From contig JBHLMQ010000053.1 of the NCBI GenBank assembly GCA_048938005.1, positions 1-21,494 on the forward strand: 21,494 nucleotides of DNA. The letters are read 5' to 3'. The DNA is from Promethearchaeota archaeon. GTDB taxonomy: Archaea; Asgardarchaeota; Lokiarchaeia; Sigyniarchaeales; SOKP01. Numbering within the stretch: position 1 is the stretch's first letter; every line of letters begins with the position of its first letter. Below the pieces are notes generated by a model, which was not told where the DNA came from, searched no databases, and saw only the letters and a list, made by a program, of their open reading frames with translations. Shown piece by piece: positions 1-8,694 of this stretch. Both the position numbers and the translations under genes were made by a program.

Positions 1-234
1 TATACATAAGTATCAAAAATTTTTATTGTTATATTTTTATTGACTTTTAATACTAATATTTTTGTAGGTAAAATCGAAAAAAAATTTATTATACTTTAAA
101 GGTTATATCGCGATTAATTCCTTTAAATATTTCTGATATTGAGTAATTATGTTTCATTGAATAGAATTTTTTAAAAAAAATAGTAAAAAGGTTAACTTAC
201 GAATTTAAAGATAATCTGGAAATAAAATTAATCT

Positions 235-933
235 TTAATTACTGATCTCTTTCTTTTTTAAGATAATTCTCGCATCCACGCAAATCAATCCTTTATCATA
301 GATAAACACAGGATTCAAATCCATCTCGTTAATTTCTTCATATTTAACAACGAGATCAGAGATTTTTAATAAAGTCTCCACTATAGCATTAATATCTGCC
401 TTTGATTTCCCCCGATATCCATCTAATATTGGGAACCCCTTAATTTCATGAATCATTTCATTAGCATCGTATTCTGTAATTGGGGCTATTCTAAAGCTAA
501 CATCTTCTAAAAGCTCAACTAATATACCACCTATACCAAACATTAAGGCAGGGCCAAATTGTGGATCTGTAGTCATACCAATAATAAGTTCTGTTATGGG
601 TTCATCTGCCATTTTTTGCACTGAAATCTTTTTTTCTTTCTGAGAAGGGATTTCCATTAATTCATCATATGCTTTGTCTACTTCTTCTTTTGTTTTTAAG
701 TTTAACTTTACAGCTCCAGTATCAGATTTATGAACAATATCTTCTGCTATAAGTTTCAATACAATAGGAAAGCCAATTTCCTCCGCTGCAGAGAGAGTTT
801 CTTCTTTGGAAATAGTTAGTTTTTGAGCTGGAACAGAAATTCCAATTTCTTGTAGAAGTTCCTTAGATTCAAATTCAGTTAAAACTGTTTGGTTTGTTTC
901 AATCTTAGTTTTCAAAACTTCAGCTATATTCAT
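235..933 (-). CDS. acdB: ADP-forming acetate/acyl-CoA ligase, beta subunit (ATP-grasp)
   Basis: LTEFESKELL start, GFPIVLK, HKSDTGAV (phospho-His), DPQFGPALMFGIGG, LDGYRG, EMDLNP, VDARI: classic archaeal AcdB motifs. Confidence 0.93.
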   Translation of the reverse strand: MNIAEVLKTKIETNQTVLTEFESKELLQEIGISVPAQKLTISKEETLSAAEEIGFPIVLKLIAEDIVHKSDTGAVKLNLKTKEEVDKAYDELMEIPSQKEKKISVQKMADEPITELIIGMTTDPQFGPALMFGIGGILVELLEDVSFRIAPITEYDANEMIHEIKGFPILDGYRGKSKADINAIVETLLKISDLVVKYEEINEMDLNPVFIYDKGLICVDARIILKKKEISN

Positions 934-1098
934 TATTATGTTCCTGTTTTCGGATATTGAACTATTCAGTTCTAATTATTAAATAAAATTCTAAAAAAAA
1001 TATAAAATTAATTAATACAAATTAAAGTATTATTTAATGATTAAAGAAAAAGGTTGATTTATAAAAAATATAAGAATTAAGATTAAAAGTAAATGGAA

Positions 1099-3954
1099 TT
1101 AAGATTTCCTCCTAATTATCATCCCTCTCTTCTTACGAAGTCGCCACTTTCTAATCTCATCCATGACGGAGACGCTAAAAGCGCCAATAAAAAGGGTTAT
1201 CCAATAGTAAGGATGGTATATTGGTATGACGTGAAATGCTATCCCCATTGGAGTAAATAATATAAGGAATTGTAAACCTAAAGAAAGTCCGACTGCCCAA
1301 AATAAATGTTTATTGGGAAATAAGTAAAATGGTTTGATATTTGAAGTACAAGTAAATACAAACATCAATTCACAAATTACTAAATTGCTGAAGACTATTG
1401 TTTGCGCTAAAGCAATTGCGTATTCTTCTGCGGTATAGGTAATGCCAAATATAGTTGTTCCACTTATAAGTGCGGGATCCAATGGATTCAATGGGTTGCT
1501 CCAACTTGGGATTAATACCCCCCATAGAATTAAATAGAGTGAAACATCCGTTATTGACGTATAAATTCCAAGCATAAGCACCGGACCTTTAATCTCAGGT
1601 AATAACGTAAATCCTTTTCTTGGTTTATCCTTCATGACATCTGGATCTGTAGGTGTAAATCCTAATACCATAGCAGGAATGCCATCAGTAGCGATATTAA
1701 GCCAAAGTATCTGAATTGGCGCAACTGGTATTGCAAGAAATACAGTTGAAAAAAGTTTCATAACGATATATGCTACTAAAATTAAAAAGATTTCATCAAA
1801 ATTTGTACTTAACATGTATCGGAAAAATCCTTTAGTCGTCTCAAAAATCCCTCGTCCTTCTTCTATAGCATTTACAATAGTTGCATAATTATCATCTATC
1901 AAAATCATTTCTGAAGCTTCTTGTGTGACTTCAGTTCCCTTTAATCCCATCGCAACCCCAACATGAGCTCCTTTCACTGCAGGGGCATCGTTCACTCCAT
2001 CTCCTGTCATTGAAACTACCAATTCTAATTCCTTTAATCTCCTTAAAATTCTTAGTTTATGCTCAGAAGTAACTCTAGCAAAAATATCAACTGTTTTAAC
2101 CCTTTCGCGAAGGTCATCATCACTCATTTCTTCTAATTCAACACCAGTTATCGCTTCACTTGATTGTGTTAATCCAATTTCCTGTGCAATTGCAATAGCA
2201 GTAATTTTATGATCTCCTGTAATCATTATTGTTCTAATTCCTGCCATTCTAGCTTCTTCAATAGCATCCTTTACTTCATCTCGTGCAGGGTCTATTATTC
2301 CTGCTAAACCAAGGTAAATATAATCAGTTTCTATTTCTTCTTCTGTATAACCTTCTTTTAGAGGTTTATAAGCTATACCTAAAACTCGTAATGCATTTCT
2401 GGCAAATTCTTCATTTTTTTCAAGAATTATATTTTTTACTTCATTAATGGATTTCTCTTGACCATCCATAACTGCTTTTTCAGCTTTATTCAATAACACA
2501 TCTGGAGCACCTTTAATTAAAGCAAACATCTGATTATCGATTTTAGAAACAACTGACATCATTTTTCTATCGGAACTAAATGGAATTTCATACAGTTTCT
2601 CTGCTTCAGTATCTAATTCCATTTTCATAGCTAAAACCTTTAATGAAATTTCAGTGGGATCACCTACAACATCAGTATCATTAGTACCATCATTTTTTAG
2701 TGAGACATTTGAATTATTACAAAACATACAAACCTCGAGAAATCTTTTAATATAACTTTCTTTATCTAATGGAATTTGCTTCCCTTTTTTTCCTATGATT
2801 TTTCCTTCAAGAGCATAACCTACTCCTTCAACATTATATTCAGTTCCTCCAAGAAAAACTTTAACAACTGTCATCTCGTTTTTTGTAAGTGTACCAGTTT
2901 TATCTGAGCAAATTACATTAACTCTTCCTAAAGTTTCGACTGCAGTCAATTTTCTAACCAGAGCATTACGATCCGCCATTTTACGCATACCGATAGACAT
3001 AACTACTGTAATAACAACGATTAAGCCCTCAGGAACAGCAGATACTGCTAAAGAAATTGATATTTCAAATGCTGTAATTAGTTCTGCCAAATTAAATTCC
3101 GTTATTAGCAAAATTATTAGATCTATACCAAAAACTGCAAAACAAATAACTATTATTATAATTCCTAAAAGTTTTCCAAATCTATTTACTTCTATCTGAA
3201 ATGGACTAAGCTCGATTTTTTCTGCTTGTAAACTTTCAGCTATTTTACCAATTTCAGTTCCCATTCCCGTTCCGACAACAATCCCTTCCCCATTTCCTCT
3301 GGTAATAATAGTGTTCATATACCCAAGATTCGTCCGCTCAGCTAAGATCATCTTTTCATCAACAAGATTTAAATGTTTTTTGACTGGTTTTGACTCTCCC
3401 GTTAAAATTGCCTCATCAACATAGAGTGAAAATTCCTTGCTAAGTCTTATATCAGCAGGAAATTTATCTCCCTCTTCGATGAGGATAATATCTCCAGGAA
3501 CTACATCTTCAACTCCAACTTCTATAACTCTTCCATCCCTACGAACTTTAGCAAAATGTGGAGCTAATTTCTTAAGACTCTCAAGAGACTTCTCTGCCGA
3601 ATATTCTTGATAAAATCCTAATATGGCATTCACTATCAAAATTGCTGCAATGACAATAGCATCAATATATTCTGAAGGCCAGGGTTCACCAGTGGTAATA
3701 GATTCATATATTCCAATTATGATAGAAATAAATATTGCAAAAAATAGAAGATATATAAGAAAATCTTTGAATTGACTTATGAAGATTTGCAAAGCGGTTT
3801 TTCTCTTTTCTTTAATCAGTTCATTTCTTCCATATTCCTCAAGTCTTTTTTGAGCTTCATTTTCAGTTAAACCAGTCTCCACAGAAGTATTCATTTTTTT
3901 AGCTACTTCTTCATAATCAATTGAGTGTGCGTGAATAGTTTTTAAATCTATCAT
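1099..3954 (-). CDS. P-type cation-transporting ATPase, type IIA (SERCA-like Ca2+ pump)
   Basis: TGES, VPEGL, DKTGTLT phosphorylation site, KGAPD, MITGD, GDGVNDAP; TM5 STNFDE, TM6 NIATD. Confidence 0.95.
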   Translation of the reverse strand: MIDLKTIHAHSIDYEEVAKKMNTSVETGLTENEAQKRLEEYGRNELIKEKRKTALQIFISQFKDFLIYLLFFAIFISIIIGIYESITTGEPWPSEYIDAIVIAAILIVNAILGFYQEYSAEKSLESLKKLAPHFAKVRRDGRVIEVGVEDVVPGDIILIEEGDKFPADIRLSKEFSLYVDEAILTGESKPVKKHLNLVDEKMILAERTNLGYMNTIITRGNGEGIVVGTGMGTEIGKIAESLQAEKIELSPFQIEVNRFGKLLGIIIIVICFAVFGIDLIILLITEFNLAELITAFEISISLAVSAVPEGLIVVITVVMSIGMRKMADRNALVRKLTAVETLGRVNVICSDKTGTLTKNEMTVVKVFLGGTEYNVEGVGYALEGKIIGKKGKQIPLDKESYIKRFLEVCMFCNNSNVSLKNDGTNDTDVVGDPTEISLKVLAMKMELDTEAEKLYEIPFSSDRKMMSVVSKIDNQMFALIKGAPDVLLNKAEKAVMDGQEKSINEVKNIILEKNEEFARNALRVLGIAYKPLKEGYTEEEIETDYIYLGLAGIIDPARDEVKDAIEEARMAGIRTIMITGDHKITAIAIAQEIGLTQSSEAITGVELEEMSDDDLRERVKTVDIFARVTSEHKLRILRRLKELELVVSMTGDGVNDAPAVKGAHVGVAMGLKGTEVTQEASEMILIDDNYATIVNAIEEGRGIFETTKGFFRYMLSTNFDEIFLILVAYIVMKLFSTVFLAIPVAPIQILWLNIATDGIPAMVLGFTPTDPDVMKDKPRKGFTLLPEIKGPVLMLGIYTSITDVSLYLILWGVLIPSWSNPLNPLDPALISGTTIFGITYTAEEYAIALAQTIVFSNLVICELMFVFTCTSNIKPFYLFPNKHLFWAVGLSLGLQFLILFTPMGIAFHVIPIYHPYYWITLFIGAFSVSVMDEIRKWRLRKKRGMIIRRKS

Positions 3955-4324
3955 GATAAATTCATTTTTTTTTTAGATATTTTTATAAAAAGATAATATT
4001 TATCCTTATATTCTTATTATTTAATTAATACATTTAAATTCACTTATCGATATTAATATTGGATTTACCCTTTAAAAATCTTGAATTTTCCTTAAGGCTA
4101 CGGGAGAAAATATTTGTAAAAAGAATAATAAAATCTTCCTTTTTTAATAAAATTGTCAAAAATACATGAGTTTGGATTCGTCTTATCTGATTTATAAGAA
4201 CCTAAATTGTTAACAAATATAAATATAAAATTTATATGTATAATAACTCTAATAATAGTTAATTTAATTTTATCTAAAAAATACATAAATTAATATCAAA
4301 AATAAATATTTGATCTCGATTAAT

Positions 4325-4900
4325 ATGAGACCATCTCGAGTGTTTAGATTGCTCTTTAGGATATTTATTGGAGTATTAACTCTATCTGTAACTGTAGTAT
4401 CTATACTTGGTGGAATATCCGCAGTTATGATCCTTACAAATCCAAATAATATTGGGATAGATCCTGGTGATATTAAATTTAATCTTGATATAAACAATGC
4501 TACACTCGAAATTGATAGTGTTAATTTTACCTTACCATTTAATCTCACTAATGCTGGTTACTTTGATTTAGAAAATCTTGAACTAAAAATAGATATCGCA
4601 TTGAATTATAGCAAAATAGATTATCCAACTCCTGGAGTGAATGAAACTATAGAAGTAAAAATTTTTTCAAATTCAACGAATTTTGGGACAATACCAAAAG
4701 GCACAACAGGGAATTTTACCTTTATAGGCGATACTTTTATTATGGGAAATTTTCCAAATTTCACTTCAGAAGTAAATTGGTTCAGAGGACCTCCCGCACT
4801 ACTATTTTATGTTAATCTAACCATTAGTTTAGATTATTCATTAAGGATGCATTCACTTTCAATAACTATACCTCGAATACCAGCAGGAGGATTTCCATAG
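4325..4900 (+). CDS. Membrane-anchored extracellular beta-sandwich protein (LEA_2/WHy-like), sequon-rich; hypothetical
   Basis: ATG at 4325 (track uses TTG at 4310); basic N-terminus, one hydrophobic helix, then alternating beta-strand pattern (FTLPFNLTNAGYFDL); 9 N-x-S/T sequons. Confidence 0.75.
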   Translation: MRPSRVFRLLFRIFIGVLTLSVTVVSILGGISAVMILTNPNNIGIDPGDIKFNLDINNATLEIDSVNFTLPFNLTNAGYFDLENLELKIDIALNYSKIDYPTPGVNETIEVKIFSNSTNFGTIPKGTTGNFTFIGDTFIMGNFPNFTSEVNWFRGPPALLFYVNLTISLDYSLRMHSLSITIPRIPAGGFP

Positions 4901-4906
4901 GAGGTG
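4900..4906 (+). promoter_or_regulatory. Shine-Dalgarno GGAGGTG for the 4913 CDS
   Basis: GGAGGTG 6 nt before ATG 4913, overlapping the upstream TAG. Confidence 0.8.
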
Positions 4907-4912
4907 CAATAA

Positions 4913-5392
4913 ATGGGTGCCGTTAAAAATATGGTAAAAGGTTTTATTTACACCGCAATTTATGTTGTTATCTCAATTGTGATTCCTTTAGCTACATTTA
5001 CATGGCTTCGGAGTATGGTAGTACAAGGCTTTCCCTTAGAATTTGAGCAACAAGAATATCAAAGCGTGATATTTTGGCTTATAGCATTTGGATTAGTCAT
5101 TAGCGGGTGTGCATTTTTCAAATATTCTTCTCCAAAACAGTCGATCCGAAAAGGTGTATTTGCGTTGATTCAAGTACTTGTTAATTGTTTATACTTATGG
5201 AGTTATAAATTCTCTGGAGCCACTAATATAGAATTTGTGATATTAAATTTTGGCTTTTTTTCTTTGAATATACAACAGATGATTTTGGTGTTTTTGGGCA
5301 TATACTTTCTCACAATCATTTTAAGAGTGTACGATATTATAGATTTTTCAGTTAACAGAGAAAAAATTAGAGAAAATAGAATGAAAGAATAA
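4913..5392 (+). CDS. Hypothetical integral membrane protein (about 4 TM)
   Basis: Four hydrophobic segments, charged C-terminal tail, strong SD, operonic spacing. Confidence 0.8.
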   Translation: MGAVKNMVKGFIYTAIYVVISIVIPLATFTWLRSMVVQGFPLEFEQQEYQSVIFWLIAFGLVISGCAFFKYSSPKQSIRKGVFALIQVLVNCLYLWSYKFSGATNIEFVILNFGFFSLNIQQMILVFLGIYFLTIILRVYDIIDFSVNREKIRENRMKE

Positions 5393-5394
5393 TA

Positions 5395-5401
5395 AAGGTG
5401 A
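5395..5401 (+). promoter_or_regulatory. Shine-Dalgarno AAGGTGA for the 5410 CDS
   Basis: AAGGTGA 8 nt before ATG 5410. Confidence 0.7.
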
Positions 5402-5409
5402 GCTAAAAT

Positions 5410-5796
5410 ATGATATTTCAAACAGATTTTTTACAAGTTCTTGCTGATATTATAGGCGCGATTCTATTAGGACTCTCGCCAATTATTGTACCAATAGGTG
5501 AATGGATGGTTGGTTGGATAACTGCTGCTACACAATTTCTAAAGGATAGTTTTAGCACTGATTTAACCATATATATTGTGATTTGCGTTATATTGATTGT
5601 ATCTGGTGTTATTGTTAACATCATTTGGCCTGGTGATATTAAAGGAACAATCTTTTCAAAAGGAAAAATCGAAGAATTAGAAGATAAACTAGAAATGAAG
5701 GGAGAAAGTATAGAAGATACTGTAAGAAGGTGCAAAGATTGCGGTAATCCTATTGGAGATGCTGAAGTGTGTTCTTTATGTGGAGCACGTAATTAA
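5410..5796 (+). CDS. Membrane protein with C-terminal zinc ribbon
   Basis: Hydrophobic N-terminal half; C-terminal CKDC-x9-CSLC. Confidence 0.8.
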   Translation: MIFQTDFLQVLADIIGAILLGLSPIIVPIGEWMVGWITAATQFLKDSFSTDLTIYIVICVILIVSGVIVNIIWPGDIKGTIFSKGKIEELEDKLEMKGESIEDTVRRCKDCGNPIGDAEVCSLCGARN

Positions 5797-5829
5797 AATA
5801 TTGATTTTTTTATTTAAACATTATATCTT

Positions 5830-5869
5830 AATTTTAAGAAGTAATACAGCTATTCTATTACTTAAAATT
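5830..5869. repeat. Inverted repeat / possible hairpin between convergent units
   Basis: AAGTAATA (5839-5846) / TATTACTT (5856-5863); can be extended with a 3-nt bulge using AATTTTAAG (5830-5838) / CTTAAAATT (5861-5869). Confidence 0.4.
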
Positions 5870-6028
5870 TTATATAACATTACAGGGAGTTAAATTATAA
5901 TCTGAAATATAGAGGATATTTCTTTCTAATTTACCTTTCATAGATTTTATGCCCTCAATTGCTTGCTCAATTAAGAAACTGCATTTTTTATTTCTTTTAG
6001 GTGAACCTATAAAAAACGTTATTTTCAT
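5870..6028 (-). pseudogene. Truncated flavodoxin-fold iron-sulfur flavoprotein / NADPH-FMN reductase family remnant (52 aa)
   Basis: Hand translation MKITFFIGSPKRNKKCSFLIEQAIEGIKSMKGKLERNILYISDYNLTPCNVI* matches the family N-terminus (MKI...GSPR...L...A.EG...l.D.ni.PC) and stops just after the first Cys of the expected CxxCxxC. Confidence 0.75.
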
Positions 6029-6152
6029 CTTAATTTTAAATTTCCTCAATAATGAAAAGAATGTTTTATTAAATCAATAATATTAAATTTTAATTTTGTA
6101 TCTATTATAGTTAGATATAAGAATATATCATCTATATCTTAGACGAGCGGAT

Positions 6153-6911
6153 ATGGGCATTCATAACAATCTCGAAAGTTTTAAAAACAAAAGAGAACTT
6201 ATTGAAGAATTAAATTATTATAAATCTATCATTCTAAAAAAAGTAAAGAGTGGAGATTATAATTCTGCTTTAGAAAAAGTAAGATCAGCACTAGTATTGA
6301 TTGAAGAACATAAAGATTCTTTTCATATTGAAAGAGAGCTTAGTAATTTTTATGAGTTGAATAAAATAATTAATGATGAATTATCAAAACATAGAATGAT
6401 TTATGTGCGTCGTTTCAATAATCTTCTAAGGGAAAAGCTCGATGAATCTAATCTTGAAAATTTTTCAAAATTATTAGCTATGCTAAAGAATGACGTAGAC
6501 CACAATTTAGATAAGTATAATTTGGGAGATATTGGTATTAAAATTAATAAATATTTTAGATTTATTAAGAGAATGTATGAAATTCTGAGTTGTTATAAAG
6601 TTTTAAATTACCATGATGCTTCCGATAAAATTTTCGAATTTGTAAAAGAAATAAAATCTGAGAATTTCCCAAATCTGAAGATGCTGATTTCATTAACTTA
6701 TCAAAATTTAATAAGTAAAAGATTATTCGAGGTTTCAAAGGATTTTGATAAACTTAAACTTTCTGCTCTTTCTAAAAAAATGGCTATCAACCAGGATCGT
6801 TTAATTGATTTTATTAATTTAATAAAAGAGCGACCAAAAAGTCCAGTCAAAGATTATTTACCTCAAACTCAAGAAATCATATTTAAAAGGACAAGATTTT
6901 CCTCATTTTAA
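6153..6911 (+). CDS. Helical protein with putative C-terminal PCI (winged-helix) domain
   Basis: TPR-like SGDYNSALEKVRSAL; C-terminal YQNLISKRLFEVSKDFDKLKLSALSKKMAINQDRLIDFI...DYLPQTQEIIF follows the PCI consensus pattern. The CDS is secure; the domain call is by eye. Confidence 0.65.
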   Translation: MGIHNNLESFKNKRELIEELNYYKSIILKKVKSGDYNSALEKVRSALVLIEEHKDSFHIERELSNFYELNKIINDELSKHRMIYVRRFNNLLREKLDESNLENFSKLLAMLKNDVDHNLDKYNLGDIGIKINKYFRFIKRMYEILSCYKVLNYHDASDKIFEFVKEIKSENFPNLKMLISLTYQNLISKRLFEVSKDFDKLKLSALSKKMAINQDRLIDFINLIKERPKSPVKDYLPQTQEIIFKRTRFSSF

Positions 6912-6916
6912 AGGGA

Positions 6917-7840
6917 TTATAGCCCCCGATAAAACTCTGGTCGTAATATATTTTTATGTGTTAATCCGTAATTTATTGTACTTAAAATATTATCTTTTTC
7001 TCTATCCAAAATACCTTTAATTGGTAAATAATTTGATGCGTGATTACTTCGGAAGATACAATTTACACTCTTGTTATGAAATTCGATTTGATTTATGAAA
7101 ATTTTTAGCTCTTGAAGAATTTCTAATGAATTCATCTCTTGAAATTCTCCTTTTATCTTTTTTTTGAAGATTTCAGTCCCAGAAGGTATTATAAGTGTTA
7201 GGAATGCAATATACCAAATTCTATCATCATCAGGACAGATTTTATTAACCAAATCAGCTGATTCTAAAGCATGTTCTTTTGAAATCTCAGGATTATTTCC
7301 ACCACCAAGACCATTTATCAAAGTTGCTGATAAAGTTATCCCTGCTTTCATTAACTTCTTAGAAGCTTTAATGTGATCTGATTTATTTACTTCTTTATGT
7401 ACCATTTCAAGTAAACGATCAGAACCAGACTCAAAACCAACATAAGTGATTTTAAGACCCGCTTCGAACAACATTTTTAATTGCTCATCTGATTTCTTAA
7501 GTATATCTTTAGAGTGAGCATAAACACCGCACCTTTCTAAATTTTGAAAAAGGCTATATGCATATCTGGTTACATCCAACAATTTCTCTGTAGGTGTAAC
7601 CATCGCATTCCCATCCAAGAAAAAAATTCTTCTTACATTTGCTCCATATTGTTTTCTGGCAATATCTAAATCTTTTTTTACTAATTCTATATCTCTGATT
7701 AAAAATTTTTTGCGAAGATTTGACATACAAAAATCGCATTTAAATGTACAACCCTCAGTTAATTGAATTAATAGAGAATAGGCCTCGCTTGGGGGTCTGA
7801 ACACAGGTTGACAGTAATAGATTTCTTCTTTACTCTTCAT
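6917..7840 (-). CDS. Radical SAM protein (RPPxEA family), unknown substrate
   Basis: RPPSEAYSL, CTFKCDFC (CX3CX2C), YVGFESGSD, FRSNHASNY. Confidence 0.9.
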   Translation of the reverse strand: MKSKEEIYYCQPVFRPPSEAYSLLIQLTEGCTFKCDFCMSNLRKKFLIRDIELVKKDLDIARKQYGANVRRIFFLDGNAMVTPTEKLLDVTRYAYSLFQNLERCGVYAHSKDILKKSDEQLKMLFEAGLKITYVGFESGSDRLLEMVHKEVNKSDHIKASKKLMKAGITLSATLINGLGGGNNPEISKEHALESADLVNKICPDDDRIWYIAFLTLIIPSGTEIFKKKIKGEFQEMNSLEILQELKIFINQIEFHNKSVNCIFRSNHASNYLPIKGILDREKDNILSTINYGLTHKNILRPEFYRGL

Positions 7841-7895
7841 AGTTACTTGGAAAATATGATAATAAATAGAATTTAGAATTATTATCTAATTGAAT

Positions 7896-8597
7896 TCATT
7901 CCTCATCTTCTATATCATCAGCATCAACAGGTTTCTTTGGACAAGAAGTTAGATGCCTACCTAACCTCTGAAATGACTTGCCGCAATATGGGCAAACCTG
8001 TTTTTCTTTCACTTCTTTTTCAGCAGCCTCTCCTGTTGATCTCTTAGTGGTAGGTTTTTTTTTCTTTTTCTTCTTTTTTGCGGGTACGATGTCTTCTATG
8101 CTTGCATCATCAGGAGCAAACTCACAACTTTGAATATGTGTGGCTAAATCGTCAAATAGCTCTCCACAAAAGGGACACTCAACATCGGCAAATTCTTCTG
8201 AATCTTCAATATCCGCTTTTCCAGCTTTTCTCTTTTCAAATTTTAAAGGTATTTCTTCATCTTCTTCCTCGAATTCATCAATAGATAAATCAATTTCTTC
8301 ATCCAATTTTATTTCTGCAATTTCAAACTCTTCCAATTTTATTTCTTTCTCTTTAATTTTCTTTTCAGCTATTTTTTTACTTTCTTCATATAATTCGGAA
8401 AAACGACGATTATTTTTAGCTGGATCGTATATTGTACAAACTTGACAAACATAAGCTCGGCTACCCAAAATTAAATCTCTGGCAGGACAATAACATAAAG
8501 ATTGAAGACTATTACTAATATCACCTTTCGGTTCAAGATGTTTACATACGATTTTTCTTGAATATTTAATTTTTTGTTTGCGACGTGGCGTACTCAA
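7896..8597 (-). CDS. Multi-zinc-finger protein: Cys-rich N-terminus, acidic linker, two C2HC fingers, poly-Lys tract
   Basis: CPFC-x9-H-x3-C (8124-8177) and CPYC-x9-H-x3-C (7941-7994); K8 run; TTG start directly preceded by GGTGA. Confidence 0.8.
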   Translation of the reverse strand: MSTPRRKQKIKYSRKIVCKHLEPKGDISNSLQSLCYCPARDLILGSRAYVCQVCTIYDPAKNNRRFSELYEESKKIAEKKIKEKEIKLEEFEIAEIKLDEEIDLSIDEFEEEDEEIPLKFEKRKAGKADIEDSEEFADVECPFCGELFDDLATHIQSCEFAPDDASIEDIVPAKKKKKKKKPTTKRSTGEAAEKEVKEKQVCPYCGKSFQRLGRHLTSCPKKPVDADDIEDEE

Positions 8598-8694
8598 TCA
8601 CCAAAAGAAGTATGTAAAATAATTATTCCTAAAATTTAATTTTTATGAATTGCAGTCTAAGAAAACAAAAATATTTGAATATTCCGAATTAGAA

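Noticed and set aside
4086-4110. Possible hairpin TTTTCCTT...GGGAGAAAA as an ncRNA or SECIS element
   Set aside because: Short imperfect stem, no SECIS core, and no in-frame UGA selenoprotein candidate in the window
4098-4548. Minus-strand ORFs 4098-4286 and 4270-4548
   Set aside because: AT-rich intergenic or antisense shadow ORFs with no motifs
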